Part shown: piece by piece, positions 16,101 to 27,693 of the stretch
How the letters are laid out: every line of letters begins with the position of its first letter
Position numbering within the stretch: the stretch's first letter is position 1
NCBI RefSeq assembly: GCF_964204645.1
Contig: NC_134033.1
Location: 6,224,231 to 6,288,230, forward strand
Source of the DNA: Tubulanus polymorphus
Taxonomy: Eukaryota; Animalia; Nemertea
Length of the DNA stretch: 64,000 nt
Direction of reading: 5' to 3'
The notes under the pieces: generated by a model
The model's input: the letters and a program-made list of their open reading frames with translations, nothing else
Databases searched by the model: none
What the model was told of the DNA's origin: nothing
Position numbers and translations under genes: made by a program

Positions 16101-16207
16101 AATTGCACAACTTGACAATTGCACTTTACATCCATCCAGAAACCCGGCTTCTATGTTATCATTAGAAAATAATACCAGTTGATTGGGTTCGTCGATGAGC
16201 TCGTCCG
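1137..16207 (-). CDS. C5orf34: C5orf34-like protein (DUF4524/DUF4520 family), multi-exon host gene; first coding exon not located
   Basis: Phase-compatible GT-AG exons: 16052-16207 (LVLFSNDNIEAGFLDGCKVQLSSCA..HPLQ), 13952-14091 (RTEYVTSRY..LEFRNRFAERPYL), 12128-12339 (VCWP..GSLRIVSIDDHA..FSVSFLAKMSQ), 11331-11567 (YTWVVQHHLVVNCPPIWKHPL), 9762-10037 (LPVSLPLRWQSPHPHKW), 8218-8332 (SMEIYPGDGSV), 4153-4317 (EERTYCVAALPP..ICWQ), 3707-3871 (GHFRAYSSGRVRVLFTDRISL), 2842-2960, 2172-2267, and a terminal exon ending at 1137 (ALRKTSQAIRDID; acceptor uncertain, 1312 or 1386). The blocks are collinear with my recollection of vertebrate C5orf34. Confidence 0.88.
3895..4110. repeat. Short degenerate tandem repeat (~40-bp units, core CCACAGTTGTGT) in an intron
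   Basis: Recurrent gttccacagttgtgt..tttaat units. Confidence 0.55.
5116..5456. mobile_element. MITE, PIF/Harbinger-like
   Basis: Terminal inverted repeats CGTCTACACTAGCA..GTACCC / GGGTAC..TGCTAGTGTAGACG with internal inverted subrepeats; TAA nearby on both sides. Confidence 0.6.
5890..7005 (+). mobile_element. Non-autonomous Helentron/DINE-like repeat with internal ~155-bp tandem units
   Basis: Subterminal inverted repeat GCCCACTTGGGA / TCCCAAGTGGGC, 3' hairpin before an A-run, (GGAC)n microsatellite, three internal units starting ATTCAACGCCCCCTGG; second copy at 12693-13215. Confidence 0.7.
12693..13215 (+). mobile_element. Second, shorter copy of the Helentron/DINE-like repeat
   Basis: Same 5' (ACTAGGGGTCCAGGGACACCATGCCCACTTGGGAAG) and 3' (GGACGGACG..GTCCCAAGTGGGCTAAAAA) modules as 5890-7005, with one internal unit. 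Confidence 0.7.
13579..13921. mobile_element. TTAA-specific MITE (piggyBac-like)
   Basis: TTAA|CACGTTCGCTGCC ... GGCATCGAACGTG|TTAA. Confidence 0.65.
14203..14582. mobile_element. Foldback/MITE-like long imperfect palindrome
   Basis: Paired arms TTTGATTGCCT..GCCGAAGCTCA / TGAGCTTCGGCAGTAGGCAATCAAA and CAGGTTG / CAACCTG. Confidence 0.5.
15435..15839. mobile_element. hAT-like non-autonomous element
   Basis: TIR CAGGGTTTCCAG / CTGGAAACCCTG with repeated AAGGACTT subterminal motifs; no clear TSD. Confidence 0.45.
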
Positions 16208-17580
16208 CTGATGAAAATACAAACAAAATCAGTCCTTTAGAGGCATCACAAAAGATGCATTGTTGTAAGAAAATGTCTCTAAGTGAGAGTTATGAAACTA
16301 GGGGCACATGTATACTGTTCACCCAGAGGGCAGTTCATTTTTTGCATTGCAGCAATTGCGATACCGTGCCATCTCTATAACTGAAATGAATATTTTGTGC
16401 ATGCTGCAATATTTTAGTACCACTATTTTGCTGACATTTATATATGCTAATTAAAATAACATTAAAATTACATTGTAGGTTTTTAGGGTTCTGATAGGTT
16501 TAGGGTGCGTTTTTTAAGCTAGGGTAAGGATTAGAGTTAAGGGTTAGGAGACCCCACTAGTAGACGGGCAGCGGGTTATCCCTGCAAACCGTTGCGCTGG
16601 AAGTGCAGCGACTGCAGCAGTGAAAGCCGTGGCAATAATTTACTTAATGACTTTTTTTCGTTTTGGAGGCCATTTGATAAGGTTTCACCACTAAAAATCG
16701 CGATTAAATGCGCAGGAGACCTCCAAAATATCCTGTACTGCAATTGCTATGGCAGCAAAAATCCTCTACCTTTCAACTTTAAGTGAAGAGCTCGTGGTGA
16801 TTTCAGCGTCTAAATTCAACAAACGAAAGTTAATCATAAGATACAAATGCAATTCAAATTCAATCTTATTGCGCAAACTTTCTGAGGAATATATTCGCGA
16901 CAGTTTTGGTAGTTTAAAATACAATCCCTGTGAGAAGACCCACACAGAATACAATTTCAATGATCTAACGGGATTAATTAGTCATTTTGAAGTGGTTTCC
17001 TGAAATTTTGAGCAATAAAATTGAATCTGCATTTGTATCTTACCGATCAACTTTCCGTTTTTCTGCAAATTTTGCTCTCCCAAACTCAGAATACGTTCAT
17101 TTGATGAATAAATTCTGGTTATGAGCAAAATATAAGATGTTGTCCTTCGATCGATGTATCGTTTGTTGGATCATCTGGATTATTAGCTTGCCAGTCGCCG
17201 GTATCAGAACGGATTACTAAATAAAGGCATTTTTCAATAAGGTCAGTTCATAAGCTTTCCAGCGTTGTATGATAGGGCCCCTATGTGATGATTTACGTCC
17301 GGGAACCGCATCAACTCATCGTTTTTCGTCGGGAATCGACTACTCCGAGACGTCCTAGTAATTCCGGCTTTGGCTATTCTGACTCGTTTTTTCGGGTTTG
17401 AGTCGTGATTTCTCGGGTGTCTTTTATCCGATTTTTTGGCGGAAGGTCTCAAACGAAAAAGTAACCTCTTAGGAATGAAAGGAAACCGATTTCGTGCGAA
17501 TCGGTCGATGGGTTACGAAGTTATGAGCGATTGAAATGAGAAGGTCAATTCTAGTATGTCAAAATGTTAGCTCCCTTTTC

Positions 17581-17797
17581 GGTAAAAGTGCAGATCCGCA
17601 CCTCTCGTGATTGACGCAATCTGCTGAATGACAGATTCCTGGCTAAAATCTTTCTACTCTCTCTAGTGAAGATATCTTAAAATTAACCAATGGCAATGTA
17701 CTGAATTGCTGATGACATTTTGAATCTGAATCAATGATATTTTATTTATAATTGATTGAACCGTTTACGCGGAGAGGTGCGGATCTGCACTTTTACC
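17581..17797. mobile_element. MITE with 26-bp TIR and 8-bp TSD (Merlin-like)
   Basis: TIR GGTAAAAGTGCAGATCCGCACCTCTC / GAGAGGTGCGGATCTGCACTTTTACC, flanked by CCCTTTTC on both sides. Confidence 0.75.
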
Positions 17798-19996
17798 CCC
17801 TTTTCTTTTTTTATAGGTGGTACCTAGGATACTGGGTCAAATCTTTGATTTTGGACCCCCAGCCATCGTGGACGTGACGAGCCCCTGTGTCTTGAGTCTG
17901 TGACTGTGTCGTCGTGTGCTGTGGCCGAACTCAACAAATCAAAGCCACATCCCTGAAAAGTGACCCTTAAAGACCACCCACACCCCTCATTTCGAAATAG
18001 GCATGGTGGCCTATATTTCTTTTCGGAATACTTGCTTGCGATGACAACTCCAATTTAACATCGTAATTTTAAATTCAAGTTGCGCTTACTGTGTTTGTTT
18101 TTGCCACCGGTCTCCATCTTGAATTCACCAACAAATAGGGATAGCTCCGAAACTAATCGATTCAGCCGGGTCAAATTCAAATCCTTTATTTCTCCTACCT
18201 CGCACTCGATGTTCGGTTGATTTAAGAGAAGAAAGTTGTCATAAACTAGTTGATTCCCCAAAATTCTTAAGGTACGGTTTTGTTGTCTATAACTGATTAC
18301 AGATATGATGTTAATTGGTAAACTGGGGTTATCTCATTTTTTATTTCGATGTAGACGGGTGTCGGCTCTCTGTTTTGGACCATGGATCAAAGTGTAGTAA
18401 CGGCGAATGAATTAAAATTTAGAGGGCAATTATGAGCTAGCTTGAAAGTGAAGATGTTGGGCCCTGAAAAGTTATGGTATGAAGGTCAGGTGATAGATTA
18501 GGCAGCGATGAATGTGATAGCCGGTAGGCCTAACCGATTACTACCGATCTCTAGAATTCATCGGTGAATAACCGGCAACTCTGTTCTAGAAACAACAAAA
18601 TGTATGATTTGTTTTAGGAATGAAATTAAATTGAAATGTACCGTTTAGAGTTGTTCAGTTTATTGGGTTCTGGGTTTTGGGTTAGTGTAATATTAGCTTA
18701 CGAGCGTGTTCCCTCTTGTGTCGAGGTCAGCGCGTTGTGGAGAGAATCTAGTTACTGTCGGCGGCCACCAATGTTTGCCTTGCACTTAGATAACCATGAA
18801 ATAAAAGTAGTCAGGAAGTATTAATTGCAAGAAAATATTTATTAAACACATTTTATAACAGGATATGATCTGTAGTCAAATGTGTGTCTGCCAGATGATG
18901 TTTCTTCTAGGCTGTTTATATCCTAAAAATTAAAAAAAAAACAAAAACAACGACAATAGATATTTCAATACATGTCCCCTGGACAAGAATTATTTCAGAG
19001 AGAGTCTATAAAACGTGAATACTTGATTGTACAATCTAATGGCATAGCTGTTGGCTCCAGTTGAAAAATCATTGGACAAAAGAAAAAATCAAAACAGTTT
19101 TGGCGCCAAAAAAATATGATTTGTTGCCAGGTTTGTTTACACATGTGCGCGATGCACGTGGTTATATTATTGTTTACATCTGACGTCATCGGCAGATCGC
19201 AAGCCCCGCCCCACGTGTCAATCAAATGGCTTATAGGCAAAATGTTAAAAGAACCCTACTAAAAAAACTATGCAGTGTAACAATCCGGGATTTTCGGTAC
19301 AGAATCCGACGCCAAATACCTTTCTCTTAAAGGTTTTTTGGTGTATATCGGATAAATAATGATTATGATATTCACCTCATAAAATTTGAAGTGGATTGCT
19401 TCTGATTCTGCGGACCATTGCGTAATTTTCAATGCTGCGAACGTCTCTAGATTCTCACAGGGCTTCTATGCGCTCACAAAGAATTAAGTTAAGTCACCAT
19501 ATATGTTGACACTCACCTTTAAAGAGACTTCGTACGGTCTTCTAAAGTTAACATCCACGATACAACGATTTTGAAAATGGCACTTCTGTCGATCACTATA
19601 CCCTCTACGTCATAAGCAACACGTGATGTGTGATATCACATAAACGGCGTGAAGAGCATTTTTTTCAAGAGGGCACAGCAAAAACTAACCAACAATTTTT
19701 AACCAAATTCAATCCCAACTTGAAGACACCATTTCTGATGCAGAATTTGAGGAAATCTCTAACTAACTGGCTTTAAAACGACCTGTGAATCTAGCGGCGA
19801 TGTAGAGAGGCCGCAAGCATTCCACAGAAAAGAAATCGAAGAAACAAGCCACGTAAGCGATCGTCTGATTTATCAGAGACTGATTCAGTTAGTGTCGATG
19901 ATAGTGATGATAGTAATTGGAAGATGTGGGTTTCAGATCAGAGGACGAGAGTACGACACACCACTCATCACCACAAGTAATTTTTCCCCATGATAA

Positions 19997-20338
19997 ATGG
20001 GAGATAGAAAAGCACTCTTAGCGACAATAAATAACATAATAAAACCAACAAAAAACAATTTGAAATAAAAGAAGTTAGTCGATGTTACAAAAGAAATTGA
20101 ACACAAAATATTGAAATCAGAAAAGGTAAAAACTAAATATGGAGATAAAATTTCAGCAAATTTAAGTTACTGTAATGTTAGTACAACGCGAGAATTAAAA
20201 GTATTTTTACCTGATAAATGGGTTGCATTGAGTACAGAGGAATTAAAAGATTTAGAGGGATTTAAAATAATTTACCATGGGAAAAATGAAGACGGGCATC
20301 ATGATTTAGAAGTTGTTGACAAAATAATTAAGAAATAA
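19997..20338 (+). pseudogene. Frameshifted homolog of the 108-aa protein at 36136-36462
   Basis: MGDRKAL.. start, then a frameshift; downstream KTKYGDKISANLSYCNVST..VFLPDKW is nearly identical to the inner copy. Confidence 0.8.
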
Positions 20339-20483
20339 AATAATAAAAAAAAAATAAAAAAATAAAAATAATGAATATCAAGAATCCGAAATGACTGGAC
20401 AATTCAATTGCTCCGCGTAGATAGACAAAAAGATATTCAATTAATCAAAATAAAATTATTTTTTTTGCTTTTTTTCTAAAATA

Positions 20484-20849
20484 TTAATCCATTTTTTTTA
20501 TTGTGAATTTTGGAATTTCAGAAGTATTTTCATTTTCAATAGCAGTAGTTTCAGAATTATTAATATCATAAATTTTATTTGATTTCTTATACCAACTACA
20601 CCCAATCAAAATGAATACAATTACAAGTCCAGTTGTGAAATATAAATATTTATCAAATATTCTATTACCAGGAGTAGAAATAACAATATTTTCACCATTT
20701 TTATTAACATTTTCATTATTTATTTTTTCTTTTATAGCTTTTTTAAATTCTCTGAATTTAATTCCTAATTGCCGAGACCATTCAATTTGTTTCTGAGTTC
20801 TCGATTTTTTCTTCACAGTTAATCCTTTCACCTCTTCCACTTGGCTCAT
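20484..20849 (-). CDS. Polinton small membrane protein (outer element), one TM helix
   Basis: 121-aa ORF with TAAATG start and hydrophobic YLYFTTGLVIVFILIGCSW; homolog at 34894-35276. Confidence 0.75.
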   Translation of the reverse strand: MSQVEEVKGLTVKKKSRTQKQIEWSRQLGIKFREFKKAIKEKINNENVNKNGENIVISTPGNRIFDKYLYFTTGLVIVFILIGCSWYKKSNKIYDINNSETTAIENENTSEIPKFTIKKMD

Positions 20850-20873
20850 TTATTGTAGAAAAATTTTTACTTC

Positions 20874-20953
20874 AGTAATTAGAAAAGTGGGGTTTCAGAT
20901 CAGAGGGCGTGAGGGCGAGACACCCCACTCATCACCACAAGTAATTTTTTCCC
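20874..20953 (+). repeat. Left TIR
   Basis: Exact reverse complement of 36885-36964. Confidence 0.95.
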
Positions 20954-20959
20954 TAAAAA

Positions 20960-23900
20960 ATGGGGAGAATGAACACCAACTAGAAAACAATAATGTCAAT
21001 AAAAATCAATATTATTGTCAATATTGTAAAAAATACATCGATACATCTCATAAAACACGACATGAAAAAACTGCAAATCATATAAAAAATGTAATAGATT
21101 TTGAAACTCCAGAAAATTCCAATGAAAGAAAAGAACGATTAGAAAATATGAATGTAGATGAAATAAAATGTGAAGTTTGTAACGAATTTATAGTAAAAAG
21201 GAATTATAATAGACATCTCGAATCACAAAAACATTATAAAAATTTAAATAAAAATGTTTTAGGATTAGAATATTTTGATAATAAACCACAACAAATAAAA
21301 GAATCAACTTCAAAAACAAAATCCATTTCAAATAAACCTTACATGGAAAATGTTAGAAATTATATTGATTCACTAGAAATAAAAGATACACTTGAAATCT
21401 TAGAAACATTACATAGTAAAATTGGTCCTGCAGCTATTATATTTAGATTTTTTAAAGGTACAACAATAGAAGATTATAGTAAATTTAATGAAATAATAGA
21501 AAAAATACTAGATTTTATAACAGATGTTGAATATCCAAAAATTAGTATCTCTGGGAAAGTAAGTTTTATAAAGTCAGAAGAAAAAATGCATTATAATATT
21601 CAAACACACTCTGAAGAAATAATTTCAAAAACACAAATAAAAGAGAAGTTAGAAAAAATATTTAATGAATTTAAACGTCATATTGAAGAAAGATATTTTG
21701 AGGGTTCTGGCTTAACATTGAATGAAATTATATATTTAGATTTAAATGTTTATAATACAAAAAGAAATAAAACATCAAAAAGTAATAAAATGTTTAAAAA
21801 TGATTCAAACTTTATAACAGAAAAAGATATGAAAGCATCAAGTTATATCAAATTACCATTTATAACAAAAGCAGTAATAAATATTCAAAATGAAGATAAT
21901 AAATGTTTTCTATGGTCAATTATTAGTTGCTTACATCCAACACAGGAAAATGTTTGTAGAATAACAGATTATCGGAAATATGAAACATTATATAAAATTG
22001 ATCAATATCCAGTAACTATAAAAATGATTCCTAAAATAGAAAAAATTAATAATTTAAAAATAAATGTATTCGAATTAATGCAATTACCAAAGACAAAAGG
22101 TGAAAATATTAAAGATTATACATTGGAAGCTTTATATTTAACAGAATATTATGATGATGAAAATGCTATAGATTTGTTATATTACAAAAAAGATGAAAAT
22201 GAACATTATATGTGGTTAAAACAAATTGATTTATTCTTTAGAACAACAGAAAGTGATCATCATCGTAAAATTTATCTATGTAGAAAATGTTTATCTAAAT
22301 TTATGACTGAGAATACATTACTAAAACATAAAGAATTATGTGATAATAAAGATTTTTGTAAATTAATAATGCCAACAGAAAAAGATTATAAATTGAAATT
22401 TACTAATCATAAATTTAAAAATATTGTTCCATTTGTAATTTATGGGGATTTTGAATCGTTGAATAAAGAATTAACCGATCAAGATAGAAAAGAAATATAT
22501 AACAAAAAGCAATTATTAAAATCAATGGATAAAGGAAGTGAATTAAATGAAGATATAATTCAAGACCCACCAATTATAAATACAATTAAAAAAGTTCATC
22601 AAAGAGCTGCTGCTTATGGAATTTATATAAAATCAAATTATCCTGAATTATATGAAAGTCAATATATTTCTTTTAGAGGTGAAAATGTAGTTAATGATTT
22701 TTGTGATAAAATTATTGAATTAGAAAGTGATTTTGCAAAATGATTAAACAAAAATAAAAGAATAGTTATGACAAAAGAAGATGAAATTGATTTTAATTAT
22801 GCAACTCATTGTTGTTATTGTGAAAAACGTTTTTATTCATTTGATAAAAGAGTTAGAGATCATGATCATTTAAATTCAAAATATCGTGGAGCTGCTCATG
22901 AAGATTGCAATTTACAAGCTAAAAAAGTAAATTTCGTACCAATATTATTTCATAATTTATCAGGTTATGATACTCATCTATTTATAAAACAATTATCGGG
23001 AAAATTGGGCGCAATTAATCAAGAAATAGAAGAATATAATGCTATAAATGAAGCAAATGTAAGAAAATATGATTTTAAACTATTAGCTAAAACATCTGAA
23101 AATTATATTTCATTTCAATTTGGTTGCATTAGATTTTTAGATTCTTATAGATTTCTAGCAAGTTCATTAGATAATTTATCAAAATCATTAGTTGATAATG
23201 ATTTTATTATAACTCGATATTATTATCCAAATGACCAAGATTTTAAATTATTGAGATATAAAGGCGCAATTCCTTATTCATTTTATAAAACACACGATGA
23301 TTTCAAAGAAACGAAATTATTAAAAGATCAATTTTATGATAAATTAAAAGAGGAGTATGTGAAAGACGAAGTTTTTAATAGAACATTAAATATTTGGAAC
23401 CATTTTAAGATGAAAAATCATGGTGAATTAGTTGATTTATATTTAAAATCAGATGTTATGATATTGGCTGACATATTTGAAAAGTTTAGAGAAGTTAATC
23501 TAAACCATTTTAATGTTGATCCTTGTTATTGCTACTCTAGTCCTGGTTTAACCTGGCAATGTGGTTTAAAATATACAAATGTAGAATTAGATTTATTAAA
23601 AGAACCAGATATGGTTTTATTATTTGAAAAATCAATTAGAGGTGGAATTAGTGGTGTTATGGGAGATAGGTATTTTAAAGCAAATGATGAATATAAATTA
23701 TTATATATTGACGCCAATAATTTATATGGTTGGGCAATGATGCAACCTCAACCACATAAAAATTTTATATTAACAGAAGTTGAAAATGATGATAAAACTG
23801 ATTGGGAAAGCGCAATTGTGAGTTTAAAAGATGAAGCACCAATTGGTTATTTCTTTGTAGTTGATTTAGAATATCCTGAAAATATAAAGTTTAAAACAAG

Positions 23901-24960
23901 AAACTTACCTTATTGCCCAGAACATTTAACTGTAGATGATAGTTATTTAAGTGAATACCAGAAGAAAATAAAACCGAAAGATCATGTTTTTACAGAAAAA
24001 TTAATACTTACTCAAAATAATAAATATAATTATATTGTTCATTATAGAATGTTAAAATTTTATCTAAAACAAGGAATGAAATTAAAGAAAGTACATAGAT
24101 ATATTGAATTTAATCAATCGAAGTGGTTAGAAAAATATATAGATTTCAATACTCAACAGAGAACAATATCAAAAACAGATTTTGAAAAAGATTTTTTTAA
24201 ATTGATGAATAATAGTTTTTATGGAAAAACTTGTGAGAATATTCGTAATAGAAACGACATTGAATTAGTGAATAATTATGAAAGATTAAGACACCTACAA
24301 TCAAGTCCTAGACATTTAGGAAATAAAAGGTTTGAGGATTATTTAACAGCAGTAAAATTAAAAAGAACATCCATGAAATTTAATAAACCAATATTTATAG
24401 GTTCAACCGTTCTAGAAATTTCAAAATTATTAATGTATCAATTTTACTATAATGTATTGCAACCCCATTTTGGGGAAAAACACATAGAAATCTTATATTT
24501 TGATACTGACAGTTACATATTAAAGATAAAAACTGATAACATAACAAAAGACTTAAAAACATTGAAACATTATTTTGATTTTAGCAATTACCCCAAAGAT
24601 CATGAATTGTTTAGTAATGATAATAAAAAGATTCCTGGTAAGTTTAAAGATGAATTAGGAGGTGATGAAATGATTGAATTTGTTGGGATAAGAAGTAAAA
24701 TGTATAGTTATAGAACAAAAGATCATGAAGCTAAAAAGTTAAAAGGAATAACAAAACATGTGGTTGATAAACATATAGAATTTCAAGATTATATAAAGTG
24801 TTTATATAAATCAATTGTAATGAAACACAAAATGAATTGTTTAAATTCAGAAGATCATGAGATGTACATTAATGAAGTTGAAAAAACTAGTTTAAATCCA
24901 TTTGATGATAAAAGGCATATTTTAGATGATGGTATAAAAACATTACCTTATGGCCATTAA
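20960..24960 (+). pseudogene. Protein-primed family B DNA polymerase (pPolB), disrupted
   Basis: N-terminal C2H2-type fingers, INIQNEDNKCFLWSI, ExoI YGDFES, DHDH..YRGAAHEDCN, ExoII FHNLSGYD, ExoIII YLKSDV, Pol motifs YIDANNLYG, KLMNNSFYGK and YFDTDS. In-frame TGA at 22741-22743 joins the 618-aa and 730-aa ORFs. A 1-nt deletion just after ATG 20960 is inferred from the copy at 36877. Confidence 0.93.
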
Positions 24961-26258
24961 AACATAAAATCAATATCATCATACTCGAAATCACTATTGT
25001 CTTCTTCATTTTCATTTAATTGTTCAGGTTCTTCTTCCATTCCATTTTTCTCATTTAAATAAAGTTCTATCTTGTTCCACATTTCATCTCGCTCTCTTTG
25101 TTTCTTTTTGTTTGTTAATTCATCAAATGGAATTATAATATCTAGGTTTAAATAATTTACAATCTTATTTAAAAAGAATTCATAATTTATTGAATCTGTT
25201 ATTCTATTTTCCAAATGATACATTAATATTTGTTTGAATATTTTTTTTATATTTTTCATATCTTCTTCTGTTAATTTAGGTTTTTCATAATAATCGTTAA
25301 ATAATAAATATAAATACATTTTCTTTTGTTTTGTGTTAAATGTTGGTGGAATAATTGTTTTTATAATATCTTTTTTAGTTATTTCACCATTTTTATTTTC
25401 TATTATTTTCATTTTTTCAAGCCATTGCATATATTCTGGTGTATGATCTTCTATAGAAAATATTTTAAAAATTTCATCAAGATAATTTAATTTTGGATCT
25501 ATAAGAAAATTTCTAGTTTTTTCTTCATCCCATAAATTCTTTTGCCATCCACAATCAACACAAAATAACACAGTTCCTTCTTGTCTTAAGGTCGCATAAC
25601 TACATTGTGGACATTTTCGTTTATAATTTAATGGTAATAGATCTTCATTAAGCTCTTGGTATTTTCTTACGTTTTCTTTATGTTTTATTGTTCTATTATG
25701 TAGATTTGAATTACTTGTTGTAATAATCAATTTACAATATTTACAATAATATGTTTTTCTTGTTAATTCATTATATTGTTTTTCTAACTTTTCAACTGTT
25801 TCTTCATTATCTGGTAACGTTTTCTCATATTTTATTTTTTCTAATAAATTATTTTTTCTTTCATTGAATTCAGTTTCAAATTTATTAGAAATTTTATCTA
25901 TATGTGCTTTACGAAATTGATGATTCTCCCAATCTTCTTTATTATCAGGGATGTATTTCATTCGACAAGGCTCGCAGAAATTATTCTTTACATTATCCTT
26001 ATCATAAAATAAGGAAGGTCTTTTCCAAATAACTTCAGGTTCAACTTCAACAGAATTACTATCAACATTAGCTGTTGCGCCATTAATTCTACACTTCTCT
26101 GAATGTTTTTTAACATAATTTCTTGAGAATAATTTATTACATTTTGGACAGTTTAGTTTAGGGGGTTTATAATTTTCATTATGTTTTTTCATATGTCGAG
26201 CCATATTACTTTTTCTTAGAAGTTCACCACAAATTTCACATGCTATCTTCTCATCCAT
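24957..26258 (-). CDS. Multi-zinc-finger protein with C-terminal VLTF3 (poxvirus A2)-like late transcription factor domain
   Basis: C2H2 fingers, then Zn ribbon CPQC..EGTVLFCVDCG, then PKLTEEDMKNIKKIFKQI..INYEFFLNKIVNYL..KKKQRERDEMWNKI, which matches the VLTF3 C-terminal pattern as I recall it; acidic tail. Confidence 0.7.
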   Translation of the reverse strand: MDEKIACEICGELLRKSNMARHMKKHNENYKPPKLNCPKCNKLFSRNYVKKHSEKCRINGATANVDSNSVEVEPEVIWKRPSLFYDKDNVKNNFCEPCRMKYIPDNKEDWENHQFRKAHIDKISNKFETEFNERKNNLLEKIKYEKTLPDNEETVEKLEKQYNELTRKTYYCKYCKLIITTSNSNLHNRTIKHKENVRKYQELNEDLLPLNYKRKCPQCSYATLRQEGTVLFCVDCGWQKNLWDEEKTRNFLIDPKLNYLDEIFKIFSIEDHTPEYMQWLEKMKIIENKNGEITKKDIIKTIIPPTFNTKQKKMYLYLLFNDYYEKPKLTEEDMKNIKKIFKQILMYHLENRITDSINYEFFLNKIVNYLNLDIIIPFDELTNKKKQRERDEMWNKIELYLNEKNGMEEEPEQLNENEEDNSDFEYDDIDFMF

Positions 26259-26272
26259 TTATTAGGGGAAAA

Positions 26273-26292
26273 AATTACTTGTGGTGATGAGT
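26273..26292 (-). promoter_or_regulatory. Invariant 20-bp box ACTCATCACCACAAGTAATT upstream of non-structural genes (one of six copies)
   Basis: Identical copies at 19963-19982(+), 20927-20946(+), 26273-26292(-), 35992-36011(-), 36477-36496(-) and 36892-36911(-), each 13-14 nt before an ATG. Confidence 0.8.
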
Positions 26293-26315
26293 GTAATTTT
26301 TTTATGTTATAAATA

Positions 26316-27074
26316 ATGGTAGAATTAAAAGAATACAGAATATATGTTGATTCTAGAAAACTTACAAATTATAAATCACATAATTTACTAGTACAATTAG
26401 ATAGAGAATTTAAGAATTGTGTAGATTTAAAATTAGTTAATATAAGTTTATGTAATTCTTTTTATAATATATCGGATAAAACTTTCGAACATAGAGGTTT
26501 TGCAATTCATATGAAAAATAAAAATAAATGGTTTTATCTAATGTTAAAACCAGGGTTATATAATTTAGAAACATTAGCCCAAGAAATTAATCGGAGAGCA
26601 CGATTAAAACTTGGAAGTGAATATAAATTTTCAATTAGATTTATAAAAAGTGATAGTTCTGATAAAATTAAAATAAAGTTAGATGATGAAAGCAAACATG
26701 CATTTATGGTAAGGAAACCTTTAGCTAAACTGTTAGGAATTAAACCACAAATTGTTACAGGAAACGTAGACGGTAATTCAAATATAATACCTTTTACACA
26801 TTTTTATATTTATTGCAATTTAATCGATCCTACAAAAACATTTGAAGCAACTAAAGATACAACATGTAATTCTGGTTTACTAAACATTTTACCATTGAAG
26901 AATGTTAAACAATTTGGAACGCAAATAAATTATAATTTAACAGAATGTGATTTTAAACCTTGCATTCCTCATTTTAATAATTTTAGATTAGAAATAAGAA
27001 ATCATAATGGATACTTAATTGATTTAAATAACTTTCCTGTGATATATGAATTAGTTATAAGATGTAGAGAGTAA
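26316..27074 (+). CDS. Minor capsid (penton, single jelly-roll) protein
   Basis: IYVDSR, NSFYNI, PGLYNLETL, FYIYCNLI, LLNILP, LEIRNHNGYLIDLNN: the typical Polinton/virophage mCP pattern. Confidence 0.75.
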   Translation: MVELKEYRIYVDSRKLTNYKSHNLLVQLDREFKNCVDLKLVNISLCNSFYNISDKTFEHRGFAIHMKNKNKWFYLMLKPGLYNLETLAQEINRRARLKLGSEYKFSIRFIKSDSSDKIKIKLDDESKHAFMVRKPLAKLLGIKPQIVTGNVDGNSNIIPFTHFYIYCNLIDPTKTFEATKDTTCNSGLLNILPLKNVKQFGTQINYNLTECDFKPCIPHFNNFRLEIRNHNGYLIDLNNFPVIYELVIRCRE

Positions 27075-27090
27075 TTTTTTTGATATATAA

Positions 27091-27447
27091 ATGAATATAA
27101 CTGTTGGACCGAGTATATGTTTTGGATTTGATTTTAAACGTGAGAAAGAAATGAAATTTAATATTAATGATGTAATAACACATATCAAAAATGTTGTATT
27201 TTCTAATGAAACAACATTTGAGTATGAAACAACAATAGATAAAGAAACTTTAAATGTAGAAAAGATTACTAATTTAATTAGAGAATCTTTAAGATTTTAT
27301 GAATTAGATGAAGATTTTATCATCGATGATATTAAAAAAATAATAATTGAAATATATACAAATGAAACTAGTAATGAAATAAATGTTGAAATAATCATCA
27401 CTAAGATAACTAAATATTTTGATGATAGTAATTTTTTTGATAAATAA
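27091..27447 (+). CDS. Hypothetical acidic Polinton protein
   Basis: 118-aa ORF with TAAATG start, tightly packed in the gene array. Confidence 0.7.
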   Translation: MNITVGPSICFGFDFKREKEMKFNINDVITHIKNVVFSNETTFEYETTIDKETLNVEKITNLIRESLRFYELDEDFIIDDIKKIIIEIYTNETSNEINVEIIITKITKYFDDSNFFDK

Positions 27448-27669
27448 ATGAGTGATAATAAGTGGATAATAACTGGATTATATAATGGTGCATTACTATC
27501 AGTTGGAACTGTTGGTTATTCAATGCTATTAAAAAAAGTATTCAAAATGGGAAGTGTTAATGTTGATAGATTTGATATAAATGATATTTTAAAGTTAACA
27601 TTAGCAGTTACTTTATCTAATTTAACTATTGATTATTTGGAAAAACAAAAATATATTCCTCCCATATAA
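27448..27669 (+). CDS. Small hydrophobic Polinton protein
   Basis: 73 aa; stop/start junction TAA-ATG; two hydrophobic segments. Confidence 0.7.
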   Translation: MSDNKWIITGLYNGALLSVGTVGYSMLLKKVFKMGSVNVDRFDINDILKLTLAVTLSNLTIDYLEKQKYIPPI

Positions 27670-27693
27670 ATACATAATTTTTTTGCTAAATAA

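Larger units (their letters stand above)
19912..20873 (-). mobile_element. Remnant of an older related Polinton (outer element), terminal part, in opposite orientation to the inner element
   Basis: Diverged TIR AGTAATTGGAAGATGTGGGTTTCAGATCAGAGG..ACTCATCACCACAAG at 19912; the rest is an inverted, diverged homolog of 34870-36500. Confidence 0.85.

Noticed and set aside
19640-19911. Acidic coding-like stretch, possibly a transposase N-terminus
   Set aside because: Broken frames and no diagnostic motif.
19912-20873. A single element with ~1-kb TIRs
   Set aside because: The TSD and perfect TIRs delimit 20874-36964; the outer sequence is a separate, diverged copy.
20887-20959. ORF-track N-terminus MGFQIRGREGETPHSS (also 36751-36951)
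   Set aside because: This is translated TIR sequence from a GTG; the real start is the ATG at 20960 after the 20-bp box.
22741-22767. Programmed readthrough, or a genuine two-gene split of PolB at the TGA
   Set aside because: The stop falls between the ExoI and ExoII motifs, not at a domain boundary. A single TTA>TGA change explains it, and 22768 lacks the TAAATG signature.
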